NCBI RefSeq assembly: GCF_009914755.1
Contig: NC_060941.1
From: the human T2T-CHM13v2.0 reference genome, Homo sapiens
DNA length: 64,000 nucleotides
Reading direction: 5' to 3' (one strand)
Part shown: positions 35,950 to 52,394 of the stretch, piece by piece
Numbering within the stretch: the first letter of the stretch is position 1
How the letters are laid out: the number at the start of each line of letters is the position of its first letter
Translations under genes and position numbers: made by a program
The notes under the pieces: generated by a model
Database searches by the model: none
Seen by the model: the letters and a program-made list of their open reading frames with translations, nothing else
What the model was told of the DNA's origin: nothing

Positions 35950-36145
35950 TAGTCTCTGCTCAGCAGGGCTATAAAAATGGATCCTTTCATCTCTTCGCCA
36001 GCAACAATCCTCCCCGCTCCCTTGATCATTTGGCTAACTCATCTCTGAACTTCGTCCAAGCTGTCTGTCTACTCAGGATTCCTTGTCTCCCCAACCAAGA
36101 TCAGTCTCCCAGGTGTGGTGGATGATTAGTACAGAGGAAGGAGTT
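35950..36145 (-). mobile_element. L3/CR1 LINE fragment
   Basis: cccttgatcatttggctaactcatctctgaac...ccaggtgtggt...gtacagag resembles antisense L3. Confidence 0.5.
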
Positions 36146-36820
36146 ATGTACACTGTGATTAGCACAGTAATAACCGTGATGTTAATAATAATAAGAACTC
36201 AGTGCTGACAATGCACCTGGACTATAGCAAACAAGAGGAAGACGTTGTTTTAGCCCAGGGAGATGATCTTTCATTCTTTTTATTGTAACATTTATAATTC
36301 TTTTTCTCATTATGCCAGTAACATTCATTCTTTGTGAACATTTGAAAAATTCAGGAAAACATAAATATATCAATATCAATTACCTATAATCCTGCCATGC
36401 AGAGATAACCACTGTTCTGTAACTACTTTGGTGTTTTGTGTTTAGATATGTTTGCTACACACACTTGCAGACTCACGCAGAAAAATACAATGGTTGCAGA
36501 TGGATTTCAAGCTGTATATTTAATTTTGTATCCTCTTTCCCTAATACCATATCAAAAAGATTTTTCTTTATCATTAGATATTCTTCTATAGCATATTTTA
36601 AATGGTTATATAGAAATGTATACTGAGTGATGTGTTTGGCCATTTCTTTATGGGTGGACTTGTGGACTCTGTCATTATGAAAATACTGTGGGGAAGAAGC
36701 ATGGGACAGAGCAAGTGAAAGTGACCCACAGAAATAGCCTGTCATCGGGACAAGAGCTGGCAGCAAGCTCAATTCCCACACACTCAGTTCTCACTTGCCA
36801 GGAAAATGGGGAATGTATAA

Positions 36821-37156
<336 letters not shown>

Positions 37157-38471
37157 AGAAACAGCTTTTTAAGTGAGCTGAGAAAGGGGTATGGAGCAAT
37201 CTTCCTTGTGTCTAAACCTTAACCCTTTAGCCAAATAAACAGAGATGACCTAGAGGGGGTGAGGGAAGGGCAACAGCCTGAAGAATTAGCAGTCTTGCCC
37301 ACCCAGCCTCATGGGGCAGTGGAGGGTCTCACCCACATCTCAGAGCTTAAGTGGGAGTTATTGTCCCAGCACAGACAATCATGACCTACCCTAAGAGATA
37401 AACCAATATGGTGATAAAATTGCCTTCGCGGATGTAAGATATTCTCTGGAGGGAGAGACTATAGCAGGTCAAATCTACTTCAATGTAAAACATCGACTGC
37501 TTCTGTTTTACTTTCTTTTCATAGCTGTATTAGAAAGATCCAATCCTTCCTGGGGGGTTGGAATGGGGATTACATGTAAAGGGGCCTGGGGGAGTTTGTT
37601 GGGGGAAATGCAAATGTTCTAAATCTGATTTGTGGTCATGATGTACTTCTTAATAAGGTTACCAAAAATTATTGAATTAAACATTATCATATGTAAAATA
37701 TACTTCCAATAAAGCTATTAAAAATAGAGCTAAAAACATCTAGCTTAAAAAAAAAATCTAGTGTGAAACAAAGAAAATAGACCCTTTTTTGAGCATTGAA
37801 TAGATGCAAGTTGAGAAACCCGGAAAGACTTGTGAAAAGCAAGATGGCGGCCTGCACAGTAGATCCCATCCATGTGGTGTCAGGCATAGAAAGCTGTACC
37901 CCAGCCAACTGAATATAGCTGGAATTGCCCTAAGACAAACTTTTGTCCTAGCTTTTTTTTTCCTCGCAAATGGCTTGTCATTTTCCATCTTTGTCCAGCA
38001 GTAATTTTATCTTTAGGGACAAAGATTGGCCATCTAAAATTAGATTAGGCTTTGATTTTTGCTGGCTATGTGAGTTTGGGTGAGTCGCTTAACCTTCCCG
38101 GGACTTGGATACCATGTCTGAGAGTGAGAGATGATGACTGGCTCTCAAAGGCCTGTTGAGTTTTAATATTCCTCTAACTTCATGATTCCTGCTTTGTAAA
38201 CGATTATTAACACATTTTTATAGCCAATTTTCTAGTCTCTATTGTGCTCAAGAACAACTGTAAGTCATGAGTATATTGTAAGATTAAATGGAATAATAGA
38301 CCTGAAAGAGATTTGCTGACAAAAAACAACACCTATATCTCTGGGGATGTAAAATGGTTAGCACAAGGCATTATCCTGACTTCCTCCCAAGTCAACCTTT
38401 AATATTCTTCCAAAAACGTACCTCCTAATGTTGGAGAAATGGTTGTCATCGGCTGGACTTGGTTGGGCTGA

Positions 38472-38783
<312 letters not shown>

Positions 38784-39165
38784 AAGTTTTGCTAATTTTT
38801 TGACCTGATCTTTAAAACAAAAGTTCTCTCCACATACATGAACATTAATAATATCCTCATTGCAAAGTAGAAGAAAACAACAACAAGAAGAGCAAGTTGA
38901 AGGATCTTAACTGAGTACCTAAAAGGGGTAAAGAATTCCAGAAAGCAAATGGTTGGTACAAACAAGTGCTCCACAATGCTCAGGTTTTGCTTCTCTGTGA
39001 GCCTGCAGAACAAGTCTGTTCTCTTGCCATACCCCACAGGTTTCATATGTCATTCTTCACAAGGCCCTTCCAGAATGGACACCGCCAAGCAGGTATATGG
39101 TTCTTGGAGTTGGTGCTTCATGTTGACAGTGCAGCCATTTCATCATCTGTGAAAATGTGGCGGGG

Positions 39166-39603
<438 letters not shown>

Positions 39604-40512
39604 TTAATGCTACTCTGAAATGCCAGTTTGGCCCTCAAACTTATGCTCTCATCAAGTGGCCAGCTGCCAAATTGATACTTTGTTTTTTGCTGCCCAGACA
39701 GAGCCTAAGAACTAAAAAATCCTTTTTTTTAACTTCTTGAGTGCTGGCTTGTATTTGCACAATAAAGCTCAACATCTTGCTGTAACAGCCTTGCTGGCTG
39801 CATTCGTATAGCCCTTCCTTGGTAGAGAGTGATTGTGGCTAGAAGCCCTGAGAACAGAAGTGAAAGGTTAAGCTCACAATATAGGCTTTCGTTCCAGATG
39901 GGGTGGGTTACTTTGCAGGACAGTTGAGTCTGAAAGGTGAAAATGAAATAAATACATCTTCTCTCTCAACGCCTTTCCCATTCTCCCTGGGGGTTTGAAT
40001 GAAGAGGATGTTTTCCAGATTGAAAAGGATCACCTGCCAAAGTTAGCTGCTTCAACAGGTTGGTTCATTCCGTTGCTCATTCCTTCGTTCACACTCTCTT
40101 CTAAATACTCATTCATTCATTTTCCTCCATGTTTTCCCTCATTTTTCTTCCATGTTTTCTGGCACTCAGCTTTATAAACACTTGCTGACCCGCCTGTACG
40201 TGTCCAGAGCTCTAGCTGGCTCTGGTGACACAAAGATGAATAAGACATGGTATTTTCTTCCAAAACACTCACTAAGGAAAGACAAATAAAAACACATAAT
40301 TGCAATCTTGTGGGATGAGGAATACCACAGAGGCTTGTAATGAGTACAAGCATGGAATAATTAATCCTACAGGTGTCACTATCAGGCAAAAAAGTTCTTT
40401 TGACCATCACATAAAGTGATTATTGTGGTATGGTCACATAGACAGCTTATCTTTCTCATGGATACAAGCATTTGATGATAGAAGGAAAATGCACTTCTGA
40501 AAAGTTATAATA

Positions 40513-40537
40513 ACACACACACACACACACACACACA
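40513..40537. repeat. (AC)12 microsatellite
   Basis: Read directly. Its flank is paralogous to 41942-42054. Confidence 0.97.
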
Positions 40538-41583
40538 GATTATTAAGGCAGTCGATCTTCCAGGATTTCTCCCAAGCTGTTCTCCCTCTCTTACTCACAA
40601 GTGTGGAAGTTTGCCCAGATGACTTGGTTCCCTGGTGTGGAAGGCTGAGTGCCAATAGACTCGGTGTGTCGTATCTGTGTTCTTAAGAGATTGGGACCAA
40701 GAGGGGATCCTGCAAGCAGCATCAGGATTTCCTTCCATACTCAAGGAAGGGTATGGCTTACTCCTCACTGGCTTGCCGCTCTGAAGGCAAGGATCTCACA
40801 ATCCTGGTAGAAAACAAAAGATACAGGTTATATTTCTTTGTGACTTACATGTTTGTCAATTATTTAGGAGGAATCCTCCAAAAATCTCAGCAAAAAGATC
40901 CAGATATGAAATTTTTTCTTTTCTTCAACAGACCATTGGTGTTTTTAAAACAAATAACAATGGGTTTATCTCTTGGTTTAATTCCGTTTGTCCTGTTCAT
41001 TCAATTAATAAACATTTATTGAGTACCTGATGTGTGCTAGTACTGTCCTAAGCCCCTGAAGGACACACAACCCCATCTGAGATGTTGCAGAAAGAGGAAT
41101 GGCTCTCCTATGCCTTAATCTAGGATTTTGTTTTCTCTTTTCCATCCCCTCGACCCCCTACGCTTTTCTACTCACATCATTCTCACCAGCACTCTGCATA
41201 CTTGGGGCCCACCAAGCACTTCTTCATTGATTATGTGTATGCTCTAATTGGATCAATCACTAATAGCTCTGCCTTCAGTAGGTTCCCTGCAGAGCCTGTA
41301 AATAATGCAGGCACTTAGGTTGCTCTAAAAGCAGCTTAGAAAACTGAAATCAGGCACCCAACTGAGTAGCTGCAGCAGGTCCTAAAAAATTACAGAGTAT
41401 TTATACAGTCATGTGCCCCATAACGACGTTTCAGTCACTGACAGACTGCATGTACAACGGTGGACCTCTAAGATTATAACGGAGCTGGAAAATCTCCTAT
41501 TGCCCAAAGATTTCAGAGCACAATGCATTACTCATGTCTTTGTGGTGATGCTGGTATCAACAAACCTACTGTGCTGCCAGTCA

Positions 41584-41909
<326 letters not shown>

Positions 41910-41938
41910 AAAAGTATAGAACATGCAAAAAGTCAACT

Positions 41939-41941
<3 letters not shown>

Positions 41942-41986
<45 letters not shown>
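41942..41986. repeat. (AC)22 microsatellite
   Basis: Read directly from the sequence. Confidence 0.98.
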
Positions 41987-41990
<4 letters not shown>

Positions 41991-42495
41991 ATTAAGGTAG
42001 TTGATCTTCCAGGGTCTCTCTCAAGGCATTCTCCCTCTCTTACTTGGAAGTTTGGAAAGACCTCAGGCAGGCCCTTCAGTAGGTGTCCAGAAGAAGACAT
42101 TTTTATCATAGGAGATAACAGCTCCATGCACATTACTGCCCCTGAAGACCTTCCAGTGGGACAAGACGCAAAGGTGGAAAACAGTGATAACGATGATTCC
42201 GATCCCGTGTAGGTCTGGGCTAATGTATGTGTTTGCGTTTTATCTTTTAAAAAGTTTGAAAAGTAAAAAAATAAAATAATAGAAGGAAGCTTCTAGAATA
42301 AGGATGTAAAGAAAGAAAATATTTTTGCACACCCATACAATGTGTTTGTATTTTAAGGTAAAGTACAATAGAGTCAAAATGGCATTAACATTAAAAAGTT
42401 ACAGTAAGCTAAAGTTAATTTACTATTAAAGAAAGAAAAAATTTTAAATAAATCTAGCGTAGTATAAGTGTATAGTGCTTATAAAGTCTGTAGTC

Positions 42496-42794
42496 AGCCC
42501 GGCGCGGTGGCTCATGCCTGTAATCCTGCACTTTAGGAGGCCGAGGCAGGTGGATCACGAGGTCAACAGATCGAGACCATCCTGGCCAACATGGTGAAAC
42601 CCCATCTCTACTCTAAAAATACAAAAATTAGTTGGGCGTGGTGGCACGCAGCTATAGTCCCAGCTACTTGAGAGGCTGAGGCAGAAGAATCACTTGAACC
42701 TGGGAGGCAGGTCGCAGCGAGCTGAGATCGTGCCATTGCACTCTAGCCTGGCGACAGAGCGAGACTCCGTCTCAAAATTAAAAAAAAAAAAAAA
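42496..42794 (+). mobile_element. AluSc-like
   Basis: Sc-like text gatcgagaccatcctggcc and cctggcgacagag. Confidence 0.92.
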
Positions 42795-43967
42795 GAGTCT
42801 GCAGTGCAGTCATGTACAGTAATGTCCTAGGCCTTCACATTCTCTCACCACTCACTCACTAACTCACCCAGAACTATGTCCAGTCCTGCAAGCTCCATTC
42901 ATGGCAAGGATCCTATACAAGTATACCATTTTTTATCCTTTATATCCTATTTTTGCTGTATCTTTTCTATGTTTAGATACACGAATGCCTATCACTGTGT
43001 TATACTGCCTACAGTATTCAGTACAGTAACTGAATTAGTTACTGTAGGCTATTACAGTAGGTTTGTAGCCTAGGAGTAACAGGCTAGACCACATAGCCCA
43101 GGCTGTACCATCTGGGTTTGTGTAAGCATTTTTCTGAACAAATTCCTGTTGTTAAGTGATGCATAACTGTACTTTCAACCCTGAGTTTTTTCTGTCCCCA
43201 AGCAATGTGGAATGTAGTCTAGGGCTAGAGAGGAGTGGAGAAAAAGTAGATTTTTCCTTCTTTTCTGACACTTACGTATAAGCTTGAGAGTACCCTTGGA
43301 GAGCGTAATATTTAATTCATTTCCTTCTTATTCTCCTGAATCACTGAATGCTAGAACTGGTTGCTACCTTAGGATTCTTCTAAGAGCAGTCCTCTGTTGA
43401 GTGCGGGTAAGAGGGGAGATGAAAGAGATTCCAGGAGGATGTCAGATGTAGGGTGTGAAGGATTCCTGACCTTCCTCAATAGATTCCCGTTCCAGCTCTC
43501 TGAGGATACGTAGATTGGAGTCACTGTCCTCCCCTGTCCCAGAAAGGCTGCTGAGCTCACTGAGGGTCACAAGAAAATATTTTCCTGGGGCTGAATTAGG
43601 ATCTTTAGTGTGTCTAAGCCCTAAAATTATGAAGAAGCCATTCCTCCTCTACTCTTCCACACCCTCACCCATTCAAAATTCAAACCGCTGTAAACTGTAA
43701 AATAATTGGAAGAAATTCCAACAGTGTTATGATTTTTTCCATATTTTGAGCATATTTTGAAATACTAAATTACTTCAGTTGGCAAGTGTGCGTGCACGTG
43801 TGTGTTCCCTTTCTCTTTGCCGTGCTCTAAGCACATGCTTGGGCTGCTTAATGGATTTTCTGGAACTGAGTTGTTGGCCCTGCCCCAGAGAGGCCAAGCT
43901 ATCCCTAAACTCAGTAACCAAGGCCCAGGATCCTGTACTCCACTCCAAGGGCCAAAAGCTGGCTCCT

Positions 43968-44908
<941 letters not shown>

Positions 44909-45589
44909 CTCCTCTCACTGATCAGAGGTAACAGGGGATTGAGGAGCTGACTCACTGGAACTTAAAAGCACACAAGACCAAGAAAAACACCAGAATGCAA
45001 ATCTAGGAATTTACAATGACAAACGATTGTCACAACGACTGGAAAACGCAGAGTATGTGTGATCGGCACATTCTCTCCCAATAGGCAAAACCAAATACAA
45101 TTAGATCAAGTTATAATCAGAAGGCTCCAAAGTGGACCCAAAACTGGGAAGTCGATGAATCAGTTGGTTCCAGGCATCAATCTGATTTCTGTGTGCTGGC
45201 ATGGGAAATGCCAACATATGTCTCCAGCTCCCTCCTTTTGCTATGTTTTCAAAACCAACCAACCCTACTGCTGATTGGAACTTGTTTAGATATGTAAATA
45301 TATTCAAATAAATTATAAATAGCTGGAAGCTATTTTTTTCTGCCCCAGTAGATTTTATATTTGTGATTCAATCTATCATGCAGTACTCTTAAAATGTTAT
45401 TCTCACAAGCAACTTCTCCTCATTTCCTGATTCATTTTTTCTGTAGGAGGTGGGAGGTGATAAAGAAGAGGGAATGATAAGTTATTACAGTTCCAGAAAA
45501 GGTTATATTTCCCCTCATTTCCAGGTAAGAAAACAGACATGATTATAGTCGTATGGTTTGTGACAAAGGCTGGGAATAGAATAAAAATA

Positions 45590-46100
45590 TTTTATTCATT
45601 CCATGAACATGTGTTAATTGAGCACCTACTGTGTGATAGATATTGTGCTAGGTTTGGGGAACAGGACGGCAAGTTTCCTGCCTTCATGGGGCTTGCATTC
45701 TAGTTTGGGAGACAGATAATATAGAAATAAAATAACAAATAAATTATAATGTCAGATAGAGATGGAATTAAATTAAAATGATGTGATGGTAACAGAATGT
45801 CAAGGTGTGTTAAAGACTTTCTCTTTGAGAAGGTGACAATTGAGTTGAGACTTGAGTGATAAGATGGAACTAGTTATTCAAATAGCCAGCCCAAGAAAGA
45901 CATTCCAGGGAAAGTGGAACCAGCTGCTGCAAAGACTGCATGTTCAAATAACAGAAAGAAATCAGGAGGAAGAGTTTAGATTTTAAGAGCAAAGGGAAAT
46001 CCCTTGAGGGGTCTAAGCAGATGGGTGATATCCTCTGGTTTGTATTTTAAAGCAAACATCCTCACTGCTACGTGGAGAATGGATTGCAGGGAATTAAAAG
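45590..46100 (-). mobile_element. L2
   Basis: attgagcacctactgtgtg...tgtgctagg...gcttgcattctag. Confidence 0.8.
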
Positions 46101-46456
46101 TGGAACTTGCTTCCAATCTTGATTTCCAACTTTGTGCCCTTTTCTCAATATAATCCGCCTTCTTCAGGCTGTTCAACAGATCAATTCAGTTAAAAAGAAA
46201 AACAGAGTCTTAAGTTGTTATTTGCTGGAGTTATAGCATCTAAACCCCTTGTTGATTGACTAAATGTATTCTTTTTTGGTGGGCTATTGTAATACTGTAA
46301 ATAGAGCCTTAGACTGGCATGCATTAGAGCTTGCTCTAAATTGCTTATATTTATTGGAAAAAGTGGACTGAGTTAAGATGGCTTAGCTAAACCTGTTTGA
46401 GACTGAGTTTTCAATTTTGGGAGTCAAGGACCACTGGACTCCCATTCAACCCCTAA

Positions 46457-46600
46457 TAAATATATATGTTATATATAATACATATATAATATAATAGTAG
46501 TACGTATATAAAATATATAAAGTTACTACTATATTTTATATATTATATATATGTGTGTGTGTGTATATATATATATAGAGAGAGAGAGACAGAGAGAGAA
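46457..46600. repeat. AT-rich tract plus compound (TG)(TA)(GA) microsatellite
   Basis: Read directly from the sequence. Confidence 0.9.
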
Positions 46601-47929
46601 ACCTTTTCTCTTATTTCAGGTTGATTTGTTTTAAAAAATTATGACAAGTAATGTTCTTCTCCTATATCCACCTTAGGAGTTCTGGGCCAAAATATTTTGG
46701 ACGAAATTTGAGATAGATTTGGTGTCCTGGGCAGCCACCAACCAAGAGATTTCTGACTGTTTTAGGAAGCATCAGAATAAGAAATCAAAGACTGCACTTG
46801 ATTGTCTCACTAGAATTCCACAGGAGTCCACAGACCTTAGATGGAGACTGTGAATATTCATTGACATCAACTAGTACTGCTCAGAAGAGTCTGTTTCTTC
46901 ATACCCTTCTAATATAACCTGAAACCTGTATGTAGAATGTTTATGATTTATTCTCCCTTTAAAAAAATATCAGAGACTCAGAGTCATTTTCAATAATATT
47001 TTATTTCCTACAAGCTTTATTTCTAACGATTTTGGCAGTTCAATTTTCCATCCAGTTGAGCCAAGATTGATCACTAAGTTCTCCTAGGTTTAGACATTGA
47101 AGTTTGTTCACTGTAACGGTCTTGTTTACTAAGTATGTCTCACCACTTTTTCTGGTAGGTCCCTGGAAGACCAATTTCTTGTACAAAGTAAAACGACATT
47201 TGAACTCGGTCATAGCTCGTGGGAACACCATTTGAACACACTCTTTTGAGGGTTTGCAGGAAGATCTGGGGGATGAGAGCTACAATAATCTAATCTGGCC
47301 ACTGGGGAAGAGTAAATTACTGCTCTCTGTAGTGTACATGACCTTCACCCCAGTTATATTTTTGAAATAATTACATGAGAGTCTGTCAGTGGTGTCTATG
47401 GGAGAGTTAAACAGAATTTACAATTGAGTGGTCTGTTCACCCTTGGATGTAGCTCAATGTCTTGAGATAAATTTGCAATTCAAATGATAAAAAGTCTGAA
47501 ATTCCTTCAAAGCAGCCATTTCATTCAGAATGGTAGTCAAGTGATGTCTAAAATTGGATAGAATAACCATATAGTTGGCTTGCTGACAACTTTTATACAA
47601 TGGCTAAATATTTTGATTTGATACATCTAACCTGAGTTGAATACTTGTTTAATTTTAGTGATATGTAATTTTAGTCAAACAGTGGGTCCTATAGATCTCA
47701 TATCAATCCATGCTAGACATAGACATGTGTAATTGATTATTCTTTGGATCAAATACAGCCTCAGTATATTACCTCGCTGTGCTAATGAAGTTTGCTGGCA
47801 GCACTTGATTGAGAGGTACTAATGTAGGAAAAGAAGGCCAATATTCTTTGTTGGCTTTTTGCAGTTAAAATTTATCCTTGTCAATGTTCTTAGGGCCTGT
47901 GAGATAAAGTTCCCTCAAAAATACATAGC

Positions 47930-48470
47930 AACAGACCCAGTTATAACTTTTTAAGAGAGACTCACCTTAAATATAAACCATGCAACCATCAATCATGGGA
48001 AAGCATGAGTGACTATGTTAGTATACTTAAAAAATAGACTTAAGGAATATTATCAGAGATAACTTCAAAATAATAAAAACAAAATCTGACAGAATTAAAA
48101 TGAGAAATAGACAAATGGACAATTACATTTCAATATTTTAACAATTCTCTTTAAAAAATTGCTAGAACAAGCAGATGATACATGATAAGAAAGAACATAG
48201 AAAATGTTAACAATATTATAATTAAAATTAACCTTATTGTCATTTATAGAACTATACCAACCATAATAGAATACACATTCTTTTCTGGTGAATATGAAAC
48301 ATTCAGCAAGATAGACCATATACTGGGCCATAAAGCAAGTCTTAAAATATAAATAGTAATTAAATCAAATAAACAAATAGTATTGGATTATACATAGTAT
48401 CTTCTTTTACTACAATGGAATGAAATTAGAAATCAAAAACAAAACAATAGCTGAAAAATCCTCAGATATT
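47930..48470 (+). mobile_element. Old L1M ORF2 endonuclease-region fragment
   Basis: aatacacattcttttc...caagatagaccatatactgggccataaa (EYTFF..KIDH.LGHK). Confidence 0.8.
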
Positions 48471-48550
48471 TTGCAGTGAGCTGAGATTGCACCAGTGCAC
48501 TCTAGTCTGGGTGACAGAGTGAGATCCGTCTCAAAAATAAAAAAAAAAAA
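48471..48550 (+). mobile_element. Alu 3' terminal fragment
   Basis: ttgcagtgagctgagat...ccgtctcaaaaa. Confidence 0.9.
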
Positions 48551-50177
48551 TGAATTATACCATACATAAATTTGGGATTTGCTTTTTTTTTTTCCATTCA
48601 GCGTTACACTTCTAATATACATCTATGTTTTTGCTGTAGTTTTGTTCATTCATTTTCTCTCTGTGTTATATTCTATTGTGGGAATGTATTACAACTTATC
48701 CACCATCATCTAGATGTTTAATCTGGTCTGTTTTTTGTTTTTGTTGTTCTAATCTCATCAGTTTTGGAAACAAAATATATTGTGTAAACTTACAATTTAA
48801 ACAATATTTAAAAACAGAGAATTAAATAAAAGTATCAACATTAAACCTTCAAATACTTTATGACTTTCTATTTGACAGCATCCCTCTGGCCTCAGGGGTT
48901 GTATAATCGAAATGAGCGTGTTTTATTCTCCCCCAAACTTCATGCCATTCCAGATGGTTTCTGCTACTAATTTGTATGTCAGGCTTCAACTCTGTGTCAT
49001 TGGTCCTTACACTTTGGGGTTTTGATGTGGCTGTCCAGGTGACCTAGAGGGAACAGAAATATTTCTATAACCTTCAAGTCCCTTATAGGAAGGAGGTACC
49101 AGAAATGACCTATTCTACTCACAGTGGAGATCAGAATGGTCCAATTTGTGAATGGAATCTTCTGCATAATGTGGTTTTAACAAATGAAGAAACTGAGTCC
49201 TGGAGAGAGAAAATAATAAGGTTATGAAGGTTATTAGAGGCATGTCAAATCCCCCAGTGTCTTTGGGAATGAGTGATTGTCTCTAGATAACCAATTAGTA
49301 TGCAAATAAATTACATTAGAAAGAAAATGCATGAACTTGCCAGGATCATTAATGCATTAACAGAATTATCTTTATTAGATTGGCTTGCTGTTACCTAGCA
49401 GAGACCAGGCCTGAGGGAAAGGTTCACCAGGAGGGTCAGTTTTGACTATTTTGTTAGCATGTCCTATTGTCTGGGAATGCCGGTCCCAGAGAAGAGAATC
49501 AGGAGAGTGCCTTAGGGCTGAGCCCCAAGGACACAAACAAAAGCATTGGGTTCTTTAGAGGTTGGGGTTGGAGTGGAAGCCTAGGGCAGGGATCAGCATC
49601 CAAAGAGGAGAGGTGAGGATGTTTACCAGTGTGATAAATTTGTGCATATACTTGGTTTTTGCATGAACATTTCTGTGTTCAGGGAGAGAAATAGGTCTTT
49701 CCTACTTTTGTTTAGGACAGTCTGTGATCATCATAAAGCCAGATACCTGAATACATCTTTGGGTTCTCTGTTTTCTTCATTTCTTATCTTCCCTCTTCAT
49801 TGTCATTTGTTCTCCCACCTGCTCTTCCTTCATTCCTCATGACTCCATCTTTTTCAAAGTCTTCACCATGTCTACACTGCATTTTGACAATTTTCTTAGC
49901 TAGTTTACTTGCCTGGTCCCTCTTCTCCATTTGTAGAACCTGCCCATTGCAGCAAATTCATCATGCTACCTCCTGTCCAAAATCTTACAATGGCTTCGCA
50001 TCAGTACAGAACAAATCCAAATACTTGTGTTTCGTGGCAAAGTAGATAACAAAATAGTATTCGTAACAGCAGACATCTCACCTACTCATGGCTTTACTGT
50101 TTTTTAAAGTGAGCTCCCATCGGACTCCCTCTAACCTGTGAGCTCTCTTCTCCTAATCACTTAAAACTATTGATATG

Positions 50178-50481
<304 letters not shown>

Positions 50482-50729
50482 AGAACTGTTGTTGTGGCCA
50501 GATACTCTCATGGCAGACTCATCTCCTAATCTCCTAACCCGGTCCTGCCCCTATACCCACATCACATCTCTGAGTCTCTATGCAAATAGTGTTTCCAGCA
50601 CAGCAGTGAGCAATGCATGCCCTCCCTTGGCTGCCCAACTCAAACCCTGTTTTGCTTACCAGTTCTGTGTTGACCTTTCCAATGTATTTTCAGTTCTGTC
50701 TTTTTAAAAGCCAATAAATAACAAACTAA

Positions 50730-50945
50730 ATAAAATAATAATCACTACTATGTGTTGAATGCTGTGGAATGCAGATACTATTCTAAATGCCTTCCATGCC
50801 TTATCTCATGTAATCCCCCCGGTAAAAACTTATGACTGAGGTCTCATTATGATTCCCATTTTACAGAGAAATAAACTGTAAAAGGGAGAGGTGGCCTCAG
50901 GGCCAATGTCTAGCTCCAAACTCATCCAGCTTCTGTGAACTGCTA
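50730..50945 (-). mobile_element. MIR
   Basis: cccattttacagagaaataaactg. Confidence 0.7.
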
Positions 50946-51692
50946 CCTCCTCTCTCTATGACCTGTGTTAATGACAGCCTACACCACTCATTTTTGCACA
51001 GATGTCTAGCTGCCTCAGTGTGATCTAAAGCCTCCCTTACAGCAGCTGTATGTGTCCCTGCAGGCCAGAAAGTGCCCAGCCAGTGCTACTAATGCCATTT
51101 CTCTATGTCTGTCCTTTGATGTTCTTCAATTAAATAGTGTTTATCAGAGATGCTGCCTCAATTCTTTCTAGAAGTAAGATGGGATGTCAATAAGTAGATA
51201 CAACTCATTCACGCTAAGGAATTAGTACTTTACCCTGTGGGTCATAGATGAGTTTAATAGTGGGATAACAAGGTCCAGTTCATTTCTTTTTGTTAGAGAT
51301 TCCTCTATGGCAGTGCTGTAGAGGGTAGATTGGAGTGGGAAAGGATTATGGCTGGAACAGCAGTTATTGCAACCCTGTCATCTCTCAACAAATTAATGAA
51401 ATATATATATGCATATATGTATATTTTACACATATATTTAGATTTTAATCTATAAATATAGTTTTCCTTACAAACATTTCTTTGTTCCATGAAGTAATTT
51501 TTGCTATTTATTTTTAATAGCTTTATGGTCCACAGTATAAGCTGGCACTTTAATTAGCAAGAGAAGGTACAGATAATGCCACAGTAACACATAAACCCTG
51601 AAATCTTGGGGGATTCATAGACAATGGTTTATTTCTAGGCCACACAAAGTCCAGTGTGGGTCTGGGAGCTCTTAAGAATTCCTGCTACTTCC

Positions 51693-52041
<349 letters not shown>

Positions 52042-52370
52042 TTACACTCACTCCACGTGGTCTCCATGGCTACCACCAAAAAGAGTGTTTGGAGGAAGCC
52101 CTCCCACATTAAATGCCTCAAATCAGAAGGTAAATATGTCACTTGCGATCACACCTCATCCTCTGAAATGTATGACAGTCTCCCACCTAACTCCCAGGGG
52201 TCTGGGAAGCAAACCTAGGTAGGAAATGAAGATCAACGTGGCGAGTGCTTGGTCTCCACTTCAGCTCTCCGTAAATATCTGGTAAATGAACAAAATTTTA
52301 CAAAGAGGAAACGCAGGAGGCTCTTGCTACTCAAAAAGGATTTACACTGAAATTTTGATATTCACAAATA

Positions 52371-52394
52371 TCACTGAGGAATATTCCTCAGTGA
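52371..52394. repeat. Perfect 24 bp palindrome
   Basis: tcactgaggaatattcctcagtga equals its own reverse complement. Confidence 0.98.

Noticed and set aside
43790-43800. GCGTGCACGTG (HRE/E-box-like)
   Set aside because: Embedded in a short TG-type repeat, so likely incidental.
46600-47930. Possible processed pseudogene or endogenous non-retroviral virus (e.g. bornavirus-like) element
   Set aside because: The four frames I translated by hand (three plus, one minus) have stops at roughly random density and no similarity I can recognise to bornavirus N/G/L. There is no poly(A) or TSD. Only a weak CR1-like signal is retained.
49290-49360. Octamer ATGCAAAT plus the palindrome ttaatgcattaa
   Set aside because: Short AT-rich motifs that also occur elsewhere in the window; no independent support.
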